Positions 38,840-48,065 are shown, counted from the first letter of the stretch. The stretch is 64,000 bases of DNA from Pseudobdellovibrionaceae bacterium (GCA_019637955.1 JAHBUS010000006.1:34750-98749), one strand, 5' to 3'. A program made the numbers and translations. Notes: a model not told the origin generated them from the letters alone.

Positions 38840-40657
38840 TTACCTCTTCTTCTTCGTTGTCATGGCGGCATTCGCGGCCGCCGCTTTTTTCTTGGTGGCT
38901 ACGGCTTTGCGGTTCTCTTCGGCGACTTCGGCTTCGGCTTTGCTGCCGCCCTTTTTCTTGGTCGCTACGGGCGCAGGAGCGCTGTCGTCGTCGACATCAG
39001 CGGAGGCCTCATCGCTATCAAGATCGATTCCTTGGCGCTTCGCTTCGCGGATTTTTTGCGTCTGCAACCGGGCTTCGGCTTCGTTGAGCTCGGCTTGCGC
39101 GTGCTCGGAGTCGCGGCCCAAGAGTTTTTTGAGCCCCTCTTCGGCCTTTTTCATGCGGGCGGGCGAGCTCTTCGTCAGGCGCACCAAACCTTCGACCAAA
39201 ATGGGGCCGAACTGCTCGATGTGCGCGAGTTTTCGCTCGAGATCCGCTTCGCGGAATTCTTTTTTGATGTGACGGGACAGCTTTTGACCCGCTTGCATCA
39301 ACGCGCGTCGGATCTCTTCAACCAGCTCTTCCGAGGCATCGATCGTCTCTTTCGAGGCGTTCTTAAACTTGATGAAGGGTGAGGTGATCGAGACGGCAAA
39401 GATGTAGGGGCCGATCGGCAGCGAGCCTTTGGGCTGCGACAAACCGTAAGACTTCCAGTTCACCGACTCGATCGCCCAGGTGATCGCGCAGCCCGATTTG
39501 TCGAATTGAAGCGGCACCCGGTTGGCGAAACGAAGAAGTTGAACCGGCTCATCGGCCTCGAGATTGCGGTTTTTAAAGCGCGCGAGAGCGACTTCAACCA
39601 CGACCGGTTTGAAATCACAAATCGTGGGCTTACGGGTCACCACCGCGAAGAAGTCGGTTTCGCCCAAACGCTGAATCGATTTTGAGAGCGAGTCCTCACC
39701 AACGGTCAAAACCGACTTGGTCGAGGGCGCCATCAACTCGGTGTCTTGCACCGCTTGGAACACTTTTTTGAAGTCTTCTTGCTTCAGGCTCGTCACGGGA
39801 GTGTTCACTAAAGATTTCGGCATGCCTTTGGCCGTGAAATCTTTGATCGACTGATCGCTCACGCGCGAAAAACCGGTTTTCAAGAAGTTTCCGAGCGACA
39901 CTTTTCCGAACAACGTCGAATGCGTGATGAACTCGCCCAATTTAAACGTGTGAGGGTGAGGCAAAGTCGCCTCGGGGACATCCGGAGACTCACTGCTCAC
40001 GCGCTCAACCGAAACCCAGTCGTTCTCAAGGAGCTTGTAGCGGATGGAGAGGTGCGGGTTCACCAAAACGGTGCCCTCAATATAAGTCAAAAGCCCGCCG
40101 TCCCCGTTCAACTGAACGCGGCCGTCGATCGTAAATTCAACGCGGGTTCCGCTCTTTTTATCCCAATCCACGGTCTCTTTGTTGCGCATCACGCCCGTGT
40201 TGGACTTGATGTCGACGTCGACCTGCGCGCGCACGGCTTTGCGCATGCTCGGCGTCTTACTCATGACAAACGCACCTTTGGCGTTGGTGAGCTGCGCCCA
40301 CGTGGTGGCCGCCGAAATCCCGATCCCTTGTTGACCGCGCGAACACTGTCCGCGGCCAAACTTACTCGAGGCCAGGTATTCGCCGAAAACCTTGGCGATA
40401 TCATCAGGATCGATCCCCGGGCCGTTGTCTTCGACGACGATTTTAATCAAGTCGGTGTTCTTGCTCGAACCTGTGCCGACTTTGAGGACTTGAAGTTCAA
40501 TATCGGGCAGGATCTGAGCGCCTTCACAGGCGTCGAGCGAGTTGTCCACAGCCTCTTTCACGGTCGTGAGGACCGCTTTGAGAGGAGATGAGAACCCCAC
40601 TTGCTGGAGATTCTTCGCAAAGTATTCTGCCGTACTGCTTTTTGTGATCTTGCTCAT
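38840..40657 (-). CDS. top6B: DNA topoisomerase VI subunit B (GHKL ATPase plus transducer), with K/A-rich C-terminal tail
   Basis: Bergerat fold motifs EAVDNSLDA, DNGPGI, GQQGIGISAA. H2TH and transducer regions (RFANRVPLQFD). Lys-rich tail at C-terminus. Confidence 0.8.
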   Translation of the reverse strand: MSKITKSSTAEYFAKNLQQVGFSSPLKAVLTTVKEAVDNSLDACEGAQILPDIELQVLKVGTGSSKNTDLIKIVVEDNGPGIDPDDIAKVFGEYLASSKFGRGQCSRGQQGIGISAATTWAQLTNAKGAFVMSKTPSMRKAVRAQVDVDIKSNTGVMRNKETVDWDKKSGTRVEFTIDGRVQLNGDGGLLTYIEGTVLVNPHLSIRYKLLENDWVSVERVSSESPDVPEATLPHPHTFKLGEFITHSTLFGKVSLGNFLKTGFSRVSDQSIKDFTAKGMPKSLVNTPVTSLKQEDFKKVFQAVQDTELMAPSTKSVLTVGEDSLSKSIQRLGETDFFAVVTRKPTICDFKPVVVEVALARFKNRNLEADEPVQLLRFANRVPLQFDKSGCAITWAIESVNWKSYGLSQPKGSLPIGPYIFAVSITSPFIKFKNASKETIDASEELVEEIRRALMQAGQKLSRHIKKEFREADLERKLAHIEQFGPILVEGLVRLTKSSPARMKKAEEGLKKLLGRDSEHAQAELNEAEARLQTQKIREAKRQGIDLDSDEASADVDDDSAPAPVATKKKGGSKAEAEVAEENRKAVATKKKAAAANAAMTTKKKR

Positions 40658-40709
40658 AATCTTCTAAGAAACGGGAAAAGAGGGGTTCATGGCAAGCCCG
40701 AAGGCCACG

Positions 40710-41084
40710 TCACATGTCGTCATCACCAGATTCTGCTGGAGAATCAGGCACTTTCGCTTGTTCCAGCTCATCCATGGCCATCTCTGCTCGCGTTTTGTGC
40801 CCCTTCTTGGTGTTGCACTCTTTGCAACTCGGAACGCAATTGCTCTTGTCGGACACCCCACCCCGCGCGATCGGCACCAAATGATCCATGGTCAGATCCT
40901 GCGGCTTGAATGGGCGCTCGCAGTGGTAGCAAAGGCCCTTGCCGAGTTGGTTCTTCCACCATTGGGAGGCACGCAACTCACGGGCTTTGGCTTTTTGTTT
41001 CTTTTGATGGGCCTCGGAGGCCGGCGCGAAATAAAGAGGTCCGTTCACCGCCCCAGATCTATCAGACCTGAGGCTTGGGAACAA
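40710..41084 (-). CDS. small HNH endonuclease
   Basis: CYHCERPF...DHLVPIARGG...NCVPSCKECNTKKGHK: classic HNH with two CxxC zinc knuckles. Confidence 0.8.
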   Translation of the reverse strand: MFPSLRSDRSGAVNGPLYFAPASEAHQKKQKAKARELRASQWWKNQLGKGLCYHCERPFKPQDLTMDHLVPIARGGVSDKSNCVPSCKECNTKKGHKTRAEMAMDELEQAKVPDSPAESGDDDM

Positions 41085-41109
41085 GGGGGAGTCTAGGCGT
41101 TGGTCGAGC

Positions 41110-42579
41110 TTAGTTCAGGCCCAGGCGCGAGTAGCAGGATTGAACGCAGGATTCCCGGGCGATGCTCACGGGTTTATCGAGGCATTCAGGCGTTCCTTTG
41201 TGACGAACAACGCGGCCCGAAGAGGGCGCCGAGCCCGGCGCTTGACCGAACTTCACTTTGCACGCCGAAACCGCGTAGCCCTGCATGGTTGTCAGCATTT
41301 TGCTCGACGAGGGAAGGTAATCCTTGGCGCGCATGCGGTCCAAACCGATGCCGCCTTTCACGGGGCTCGATTGAAGCACGTCGAAATCGTAGCCCGCAGC
41401 CGTGAGCACCGAGGTCGTGCACTGGCTCGCGGATTTGGCGCGCGCCAAACCGAAGGGGTCACTTCCCGTCACGTCCAAGATCACCACGTGTCCGTTCACG
41501 GCCAAGATGTCGCCGCTCTTGATGTTGCTTCCGGCCGTAAACGTCACGGGCACAAGACAAGACAAACCGTTGCTCGCCGGGTTCATCATCATCGACGACG
41601 AGATTCCGTACACGAGCGAGGCTTTGAGTTTTTTGCCGGGAGCGGTCCTCAGACCCGAAGCGGCCATCGCGCTGAACACGTAGCCCGAGCAGTCGATGCC
41701 AAGCACTTTGGTGCCGGTGCCGGCGTCTTTAAAGAGATCAATCGGTGAGTCTTCGGAGGTCGTGGCGTAAGGTTTGCCACCGAAGTCATAAATCAAAGGT
41801 TTGTTCGGAACATCAAAGCAGCTCGCATCGCGCTCGAGACCCTCTTTGATGTAGTAGTGGGTCTTTTTCAAATCGGCGACGCTCGAAACCTCGCGCTTCA
41901 AGCCGCCATCGGGGTGATTCCCAATGACCGAAATGCCACGCGTATCGGGCGTGCTCGCGGTCATCGCGGGAAGCTCGGCGCCCGCACAGTTCTGGTAAGC
42001 CGTGGTCATCACGCGCAGGGCGCCTGACATAACGGGATCCATATCACCCAGCTTAGTGGCGGCATTGGCCGGAGGATTTTGCGGCTGAGTCGTGTCGTCG
42101 TCGCACGACATGCCGGCGACTTCGGCGCTTTTTTGCACCTGCGCGAAGCTGGCTTTGATCTTTTGTCCCAGCGCGAGCTTTTCGGGTGAGGTCTGATCGC
42201 CGATGTCCAAGGCCGTGATCGCTTCGAGAAGTTCCGCCTTGGTGTTGATCTTAAGCTGAGCTTGCGTCTCGGAGGTGACGGCGTCGTAAACGCGCAGAAC
42301 GTTTTGCACCATCATCTCGGCCTGCTCTTGGTTCATCGATTTCAATTTGCGCCGCAGGGCCGATTCAAGTTGGTCTTTGCCGGGAAGCTCTTCGCCTTGG
42401 ATCAAAGCTTCCGACAGCGTCGCCACGACTTTGTCGCTGTAGCTTGCGCAGGCGCCAAACTTATCGGTGGCATCGGCGATTTGCTCCGAAACGGAGTCGA
42501 ACTTCGCGCAGGCCGAAAGAGTTGAAAAAACAAGAACGCTTCCAGTGACTTTGATTTTCCATCCGATGGAGTTTTTCAT
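41110..42579 (-). CDS. lipoprotein with C-terminal NlpC/P60-like papain-fold domain
   Basis: Lipobox FSTLSAC. C-terminal LGIDCSGYVF (catalytic Cys context) and GDILAVNGHVVIL (His). Confidence 0.5.
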   Translation of the reverse strand: MKNSIGWKIKVTGSVLVFSTLSACAKFDSVSEQIADATDKFGACASYSDKVVATLSEALIQGEELPGKDQLESALRRKLKSMNQEQAEMMVQNVLRVYDAVTSETQAQLKINTKAELLEAITALDIGDQTSPEKLALGQKIKASFAQVQKSAEVAGMSCDDDTTQPQNPPANAATKLGDMDPVMSGALRVMTTAYQNCAGAELPAMTASTPDTRGISVIGNHPDGGLKREVSSVADLKKTHYYIKEGLERDASCFDVPNKPLIYDFGGKPYATTSEDSPIDLFKDAGTGTKVLGIDCSGYVFSAMAASGLRTAPGKKLKASLVYGISSSMMMNPASNGLSCLVPVTFTAGSNIKSGDILAVNGHVVILDVTGSDPFGLARAKSASQCTTSVLTAAGYDFDVLQSSPVKGGIGLDRMRAKDYLPSSSKMLTTMQGYAVSACKVKFGQAPGSAPSSGRVVRHKGTPECLDKPVSIARESCVQSCYSRLGLN

Positions 42580-42679
42580 AAAACTCTATCGGCGCGATTT
42601 CCTTCGAGATTTAATGTTTTTGGTTTCGCCTAAGACCTGGGCAGCCGTTTCTGGCTTTCCGTCGAAGTCCTGAACAATG

Positions 42680-42713
42680 CTCCAAAACAAAGAACCCGCC
42701 TCGGGGGCGGGTT
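42680..42713 (-). terminator. putative terminator of OMP gene
   Basis: AACCCGCC-tcgggg-GCGGGTT hairpin followed on the minus strand by CTTTGTTTT. Confidence 0.4.
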
Positions 42714-42761
42714 CCAGTTTGCCGAGGCACAATTTTGCCCCGTTTTTGAAGGAGAAAAGGC

Positions 42762-43310
42762 TTAGAATTCGAAGCTGCCGAACAGCGCCAAGCGAGGATA
42801 CAAGTAGATTTCGCTGGTGCTGGTTTCAACTTCTTTGCGCGTGACATTGGCTTGAGCGGCCGAGAGACCGGCCAATCCGCCAACGCCCATGGTTTTGTTC
42901 AAGCGGTGAGTAAGACCAACACCAGCCTCGAGCGAAAACGCGCTTGTGCTGGAGAAGTTATTCTCAATCGAGAACATGTTGTGGCTGAGACCGAACTCGC
43001 TGAAGAACGACGTCTCTGCCGGTGTGTACGTGTGGCGCCAGTAACCCGAGAACGACAAAGCCGAGACGTCATCGTTGCGGTTCATGGGAGCCAACGCGCG
43101 GAAGCCGATTTTCTCGGAGTCGCTCATTTGGTAAGCCAAAGCCGGACCGATGGTCATCGTGGGAGAAATCGAAGTCGCGTAGATTTGCGCTTCAACGTCG
43201 TAGAACTCAACCACGCGTGTGGTGGGCGAATCCAAGCTGATGCTCGAAGCACCATCTTGAGCGTTGACGGCGAACGGAACCAACAGAGCAAAAAACAATG
43301 CGATCTTCAC
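42762..43310 (-). CDS. outer-membrane beta-barrel protein (OmpW/OmpA-like small barrel)
   Basis: Signal peptide MKIALFFALLVPFAVNAQ. Alternating amphipathic strands. C-terminal aromatic residue (...ALFGSFEF). Confidence 0.6.
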   Translation of the reverse strand: MKIALFFALLVPFAVNAQDGASSISLDSPTTRVVEFYDVEAQIYATSISPTMTIGPALAYQMSDSEKIGFRALAPMNRNDDVSALSFSGYWRHTYTPAETSFFSEFGLSHNMFSIENNFSSTSAFSLEAGVGLTHRLNKTMGVGGLAGLSAAQANVTRKEVETSTSEIYLYPRLALFGSFEF

Positions 43311-43327
43311 AGAAATCTCCTATCAAT

Positions 43328-43381
43328 TTCAATGCGCCCCAAAGGGGCGACAAATTCAATGCGCCCCTTTGGGGCGACAAA
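43328..43381. repeat. two tandem 27-bp direct repeats, each an internal palindrome, differing only in loop (AAA vs TTT)
   Basis: TTCAATGCGCCCCAAAGGGGCGACAAA followed by TTCAATGCGCCCCTTTGGGGCGACAAA, in the divergent promoter region between the OMP gene and the alkylation-repair-like gene. Confidence 0.7.
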
Positions 43382-43474
43382 TAACTTGCGCCAATTCAAA
43401 CAAAGGGTTTCTCGAATTTCACCAAAAATGCGCCAAGAATCCGCGCGTCATCCACCGGAAATCAGGGCTTTGAC

Positions 43475-44338
43475 TTGAAACCGGGCGCATCGGATCTTGG
43501 CGGCATGACGCCGCAAAAACTCGAAGCTTGGATCAAACAAAAATTGGGAACACCCGCCCCGGCCAAAACCCGCGATTACGTGGCCCGTTATGTCGGTGCC
43601 GTGAAGCACGAGGCTCGCAAGTCTGACGAGCAATCACGCCTTGAATTTTGGGGGCTCAACATGCCCACTCACCGCGCGGCCGCCAAAGAGGTCTCGGCAC
43701 GAACAAAAAAAGAGTTTGGCCTGAATTCCAAATCACTTCCTGAGAATGACAGGCTCCAAGCCCAAATCGCGGAATGGACCCTGTGGCTCGGCGTTTGGAA
43801 CCGAACTTCCAACTACGACGTCCGCTCGGTCGTTCTGATTTGGATGAGCGCCAAGGAGCGCCTGCAGCTGCGCCGCCGTCAGTGGAAGGATCTTTTCGCG
43901 ATGGCCGAGACCATCGACAACTGGGCCCTGAGCGACGGTCTTTCGATGATGATCGCCGATGTGCTCGAGAACGACCCCAAACTGTTCTCGCATTTTAAAA
44001 AATGGAACACGTCAAAAAACCCCTGGCTCCGCCGCCAATCGCTGGTGGGCATTTACTGCTACGCGCGTTTTCGAAAAAAACCGATCGCACCGGGTCTCAC
44101 GCTGGGTCTGCTCGAAAAGCTTTTGGATGATCCGCACTTTTACGTGCAAAGGGGCGTCGGCTGGACGCTTCGTGAGGTCGATCGCATTGACGCCAAACTT
44201 CAGCGCGCCTTCGTGAAAAAACATTTGCACCGCATCTCCGGCGTCGCCTGGTTCGCGGCCTCCGAACTCTACCAAGAAAAAGACCGCAAAGCTTTGGTGA
44301 CCGCTCGCAAAGAACACCGCACTCGAAATCGAAAATAA
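43475..44338 (+). CDS. DNA alkylation repair enzyme-like HEAT-repeat protein (AlkC/AlkD family)
   Basis: IDNWALSDGLSMMIAD (WxxxD motif region) and an overall helical-repeat composition similar to the DNA_alkylation family. Alternative start at 43505. Confidence 0.5.
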   Translation: MKPGASDLGGMTPQKLEAWIKQKLGTPAPAKTRDYVARYVGAVKHEARKSDEQSRLEFWGLNMPTHRAAAKEVSARTKKEFGLNSKSLPENDRLQAQIAEWTLWLGVWNRTSNYDVRSVVLIWMSAKERLQLRRRQWKDLFAMAETIDNWALSDGLSMMIADVLENDPKLFSHFKKWNTSKNPWLRRQSLVGIYCYARFRKKPIAPGLTLGLLEKLLDDPHFYVQRGVGWTLREVDRIDAKLQRAFVKKHLHRISGVAWFAASELYQEKDRKALVTARKEHRTRNRK

Positions 44339-44366
44339 AAAGGCCTGGGTTTTCACCCAGGCCCGA
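44331..44366 (-). terminator. rho-independent terminator of 44389..44895 gene (overlaps stop of the plus-strand gene)
   Basis: GGCCTGGG-ttttca-CCCAGGCC hairpin followed on the minus strand by TTTTTATTTT. Confidence 0.6.
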
Positions 44367-44388
44367 CCCCCGCCTCAAATCAAATTTT

Positions 44389-44895
44389 TTAGTTCTCAGG
44401 ATTCAAAAGCATTTCAATGCTCGTTTCGAGGTCGCCGTACACATCAAAGCTGCGGCCATCAAGGCCCAGAAAGTAGTTCTCAATTTTTGCCGATGCCGAA
44501 TCCGCCTTGAGCGGGCCTTTGAGCATGTATTCCAAGTCCACCGTGTTAAAATCATAGATCTCCACCGGTGAAACGTTCTGACCGCGCTTGATGGCGTAGT
44601 AGACCAGATGATGTTCATCCATATGAATCAGCAGACCACCGATAAAATCCGCGTCTTGCACTTCGCGGATCGCCGAGGGGACAAATCCCCAGTCTTTAAA
44701 AAGAGCAACGAGGCCCGATTTGTCCGCGGACGCGAAGCCATCATTCGGCTCTTCGTAATCTTGAACTTTGGCGGCCAGCTTTTCCATGCAGGCTTGAGCA
44801 TCGGCCAGTGTCCGTACGTTGCAGAGAACCGTTTCGTCCGCGGCCTGCGCGAGGTTCACAAACAGAAGGGAGGCGGCAAAGATCCAGATTTTCAT
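44389..44895 (-). CDS. hypothetical secreted protein
   Basis: Signal peptide MKIWIFAASLLFVNLAQA. No recognised domain. Confidence 0.45.
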   Translation of the reverse strand: MKIWIFAASLLFVNLAQAADETVLCNVRTLADAQACMEKLAAKVQDYEEPNDGFASADKSGLVALFKDWGFVPSAIREVQDADFIGGLLIHMDEHHLVYYAIKRGQNVSPVEIYDFNTVDLEYMLKGPLKADSASAKIENYFLGLDGRSFDVYGDLETSIEMLLNPEN

Positions 44896-45134
44896 TTCAA
44901 CTCCAAGGTTTGGGATTGGGCCCTTTCTACGCGCCGGACCATAAAATTGAAAATGAATGATCTAAAATTTTGTATTCATTTTTTGAATAGTTGATAGGCG
45001 GCACAAGACTTGATATCTGTCTGGCGAACACCGGCGAAAAGACGGTCCTCAGGGCCCCGAGAGCTTGCGAGCTTTGGGGGTCTTGAAAGGCTTTCGCGTT
45101 CGCCCAACAAAACAACGTTCCCGAAAGGACGACC

Positions 45135-45740
45135 ATGAAACCCCTGTTTCTGTCCCTCGCGCTCTCGACCGCGGCTTTGAGTTCCGCGCTCGCGCAAACC
45201 CCCGTCTCGACAACTCCCAAAACCACTCTTCAAGAGGCCGCACCGACCCGCAGCTTCCGCGTGGGTTTGGTGCGCCCGATTTTGGATGCCAAGGTCGAGG
45301 CTTCCAGCAAGTACGGTTCGAGCAACGACACACCCCCCCTCAGCAGCACCACGGGTCTAAGCGTGGGTTACGCTTCACTCCCCGTTCGCAGCCTCGGCTA
45401 GACCACGTCTGCCGCGTTCATGGAGATCGTTGAAAACAGCGCCAGCGCGCAGCTCGTCCGCGCGGATGGGAACTTGGCTTACGCGTTCAATCCCGTGGTT
45501 TCGCTCAAAGGAGGATTGAACGTGAGCAAATTCACCAAAACCGAACCGCTCGCCAAGCTCGATCCGAATGTGGGCGCACAAGCCGCCTTGGGCTTGCAGC
45601 TGGGCCGGCACTTCGCGGTGGATGTGGGGTATACCGTCATGCGCCAGTCCGGGAACATTTCGTTCAACGACGGCGCGGACAACCTGAAAGTTGACTATCA
45701 ACTCCAGGGACTCGAGATCGGGCTGAACGGGACGTTCTAG
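45135..45740 (+). pseudogene. outer-membrane beta-barrel gene interrupted by in-frame TAG at 45399..45401
   Basis: ORF 45135..45401 (signal peptide) and ORF 45420..45740 (ends ...GLNGTF) are in the same frame, separated by a single TAG. Joined length about 201 aa fits a small 8-stranded barrel. Confidence 0.4.
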
Positions 45741-45760
45741 TTCGCGTGCCGAGATCCAAA

Positions 45761-45799
45761 TAAAAAAGGCCTTGGTTTTCACCAAGGCCTTTTTTATTT
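45761..45799. terminator. bidirectional rho-independent terminator between convergent OMP and phospholipase D genes
   Basis: AAATAAAAAA-GGCCTTGG-ttttca-CCAAGGCC-TTTTTTATTT. Confidence 0.65.
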
Positions 45800-45812
45800 C
45801 TAAGTTCAAGAA

Positions 45813-47174
45813 TCAGAGAAACTCGTGCGACGCCCAGGCCATGATCTTCTTCAAGAAGCTCGGGCCTTTTCCATCCCAAGCTTCATTGCCGGCGTTCTTC
45901 ACCTTGATGCTCTTCGCCGTCTCGGCCTGGATGTCCAGCGCGAGCTGCGGGCAATTCTCAGACACCCAACCCGACTCCAAGTTGGTATGATGAGAGCGCG
46001 GGTCCATGTTCCAGCTAGTCACCGCCACTTTTTTGCGGTCCACCGTGTAGACTTTCGAATGGTACTTTCCGACGCTTTCTTTGGGCGTCAGGGCATGTCG
46101 AGGCGCCGTGATTTTTTCGGGCGCGATCGCCAAGATTTTCATCGTTCCGCCCGTGTCTGTTTGGGCGCGCTCACGCAGGATCAAGTCCGTCGGGCCATAA
46201 CCTTCCGTTGAACGGTTGGTCACCACCACGACCTCGACACCTTTGTCACGTTTCGACAGAAGGATGCTGCGGATGTCCGCCTGAGGAACGTAGCCCCAGT
46301 TTTCGGTGAAAATTTCGCTCTGGGCGCTTTGGAACTGTTTCATCAAAGCATGAGTCATGCGTTTGAGCTCGAGACGTTCGCCGTGCAGATAAGGACGGTT
46401 GTCGTAGTCGCCATCATTCAGAGCGACGACATCCGCGAACGCCGGAGAGTCCGAAACGAAGCGACCTTCGCAGCGGTAGCTCTTGGCCTTCACGGGCTGA
46501 GACCACGCGCCATTCAGGCGGGCGCTCAGACGCCGCTTTTCTTCTTTGTTATTGTTCGCGCATTCTTTAAGAGCCTCGATCCTGGCGGCGGTGCTGAGAT
46601 TGCTCTCAAGACGGCTCGTGTTGCGGCTGTTCCAGAGCTCGTTAAAATTACGCGCGGCCTGCGGGCCCGAGGATCCCTGAACGAAGACGTCGCGGTCGAT
46701 CCAGTTGGTGCCATTGGCAAAGCCAAAGTAATCGTCGGCGACATTGCGGCCGCCGGTCACGTAGGTCGAGCCATCAAAAACGAAAAGTTTGATGTGGGTG
46801 CGGTTGTTCCCTTGCGGGTTCCATTTTTTGGTCACGTTGTAGTAGCGAAGCTCGATGCCTTTCGAATCAAACAAGGCCACGGCTTTGTCGCGCGTTTCTT
46901 CATCATGGGTGTAAGCGTCCACGATCACGCGAACCTTCACGCCCCTCTTGGCCGCCGCTCCCAGCTCGTCCGTCAAGACGCCGCCAACGGTGCCGCAAAT
47001 GTCATAAATAAAGTAGGTCAAGTCGATCGAGCGCTTGGCGTTTCGAATCGAGCTCACGATCTGGGTGATACTCTGATCGCCATCGGCCAGGTAATGGACG
47101 TTGTCCACCGCGTGCGCGGCTCCCGCGCTCAAAACCAGGCCCAAACTCATCACGACTGAAAATAGCGGTTTCAT
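45813..47174 (-). CDS. secreted phospholipase D-family protein (two HKD motifs)
   Basis: Signal peptide. HIKLFVFDGSTYVTGGRN and HSKVYTVDRKKVAVTSWN (HxK-x4-D-x6-G(S)xN). Confidence 0.8.
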   Translation of the reverse strand: MKPLFSVVMSLGLVLSAGAAHAVDNVHYLADGDQSITQIVSSIRNAKRSIDLTYFIYDICGTVGGVLTDELGAAAKRGVKVRVIVDAYTHDEETRDKAVALFDSKGIELRYYNVTKKWNPQGNNRTHIKLFVFDGSTYVTGGRNVADDYFGFANGTNWIDRDVFVQGSSGPQAARNFNELWNSRNTSRLESNLSTAARIEALKECANNNKEEKRRLSARLNGAWSQPVKAKSYRCEGRFVSDSPAFADVVALNDGDYDNRPYLHGERLELKRMTHALMKQFQSAQSEIFTENWGYVPQADIRSILLSKRDKGVEVVVVTNRSTEGYGPTDLILRERAQTDTGGTMKILAIAPEKITAPRHALTPKESVGKYHSKVYTVDRKKVAVTSWNMDPRSHHTNLESGWVSENCPQLALDIQAETAKSIKVKNAGNEAWDGKGPSFLKKIMAWASHEFL

Positions 47175-47385
47175 AGAGTCTCCTTCGCCAAATCCATGAA
47201 ATGCAAAGACCTCGCGGGGGCGTCCCGCTCTTTACGCGGTTTTAAGCCGTCAATCTCTTAGACAGTGCCACGACCGATTAGACGGCCTCTCAGGCCCCAC
47301 GGATCCGGGCTCCGGACTCCACCAAGGCCACTTCCTCGCTCAGCGCGAGATGACCTTTGCTTCGGGGGTTCGCCACGGAGGTTCT

Positions 47386-48036
47386 ATGAAAACGATCTTT
47401 TTCTCGACTTTGGCTCTCACGGCTCTGCTGTCTTTCACCACCCACGCGGCCACCATTCCCGTTTCGGTGACCGCCTTTAAAAACAAGGTCGGCAGCTCGG
47501 GCTGCGCCGAGGATTGGAATTACTGGGGCGAGCACCTGGGCTCCGCCTTTCAAGAGATGCTCATCACCGAGCTCGTCAAACGGGAGGGGCGCTTCGAGAT
47601 CCTGGAACGCGAACAAATCCGCGACATTTACAACGGCGAGCACGAACTCGTGAACTCCGAGGAGTCTGACGTTCAGCTGCAAAAAAAGAAGTTCAAGAAA
47701 GCCCGCTACACCTTCGTGGGCTCGGTGTCCGAGTACGAATACTGCGCGAGCAGCAATTCGGGCGGCGTTCAGCTCCCCATCGGTGGGCTCTTTGGTTCGG
47801 TGGGCGTGAAGTTCTCGAAAAAGAACGCCAAAGTCCGTATCGATCTGCGCGTCATCGACACGGTCACGGGCCGCGTGGTGGCCTCGGTCATGAGCGAAGG
47901 CAAGGCCGATCGCATGGGCGTGGGTTTCGATTCGGATGATATGAGCTATGAAAACCAAAGCCGCTCACCCGTGGGCGAAGCGGCGCGCACGGCGATCCAA
48001 GACGCGGTCGCAAAAGTCGAAAACCGCCTCAACTAA
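47386..48036 (+). CDS. CsgG-family (curli-type assembly/transport component-like) protein
   Basis: Signal peptide. VSVTAFKNKVG...LGSAFQEMLITELVKREGRFEILEREQIRDI resembles the CsgG N-domain. GGAGG RBS 5 nt upstream of ATG. Confidence 0.6.
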   Translation: MKTIFFSTLALTALLSFTTHAATIPVSVTAFKNKVGSSGCAEDWNYWGEHLGSAFQEMLITELVKREGRFEILEREQIRDIYNGEHELVNSEESDVQLQKKKFKKARYTFVGSVSEYEYCASSNSGGVQLPIGGLFGSVGVKFSKKNAKVRIDLRVIDTVTGRVVASVMSEGKADRMGVGFDSDDMSYENQSRSPVGEAARTAIQDAVAKVENRLN

Positions 48037-48065
48037 AGCCGATCACGATCATACAAATAAAAAAG

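Noticed and set aside
37673-40657. Interpreting Top6A/Top6B as Wadjet/Mks-type (JetD/MksG) defence components
   Set aside because: Top6B here is a full GHKL-transducer subunit and Top6A a full Spo11-like subunit. No SMC-like JetC/MksB, kleisin or MksE/F genes are adjacent. A bona fide Topo VI is the simpler reading.
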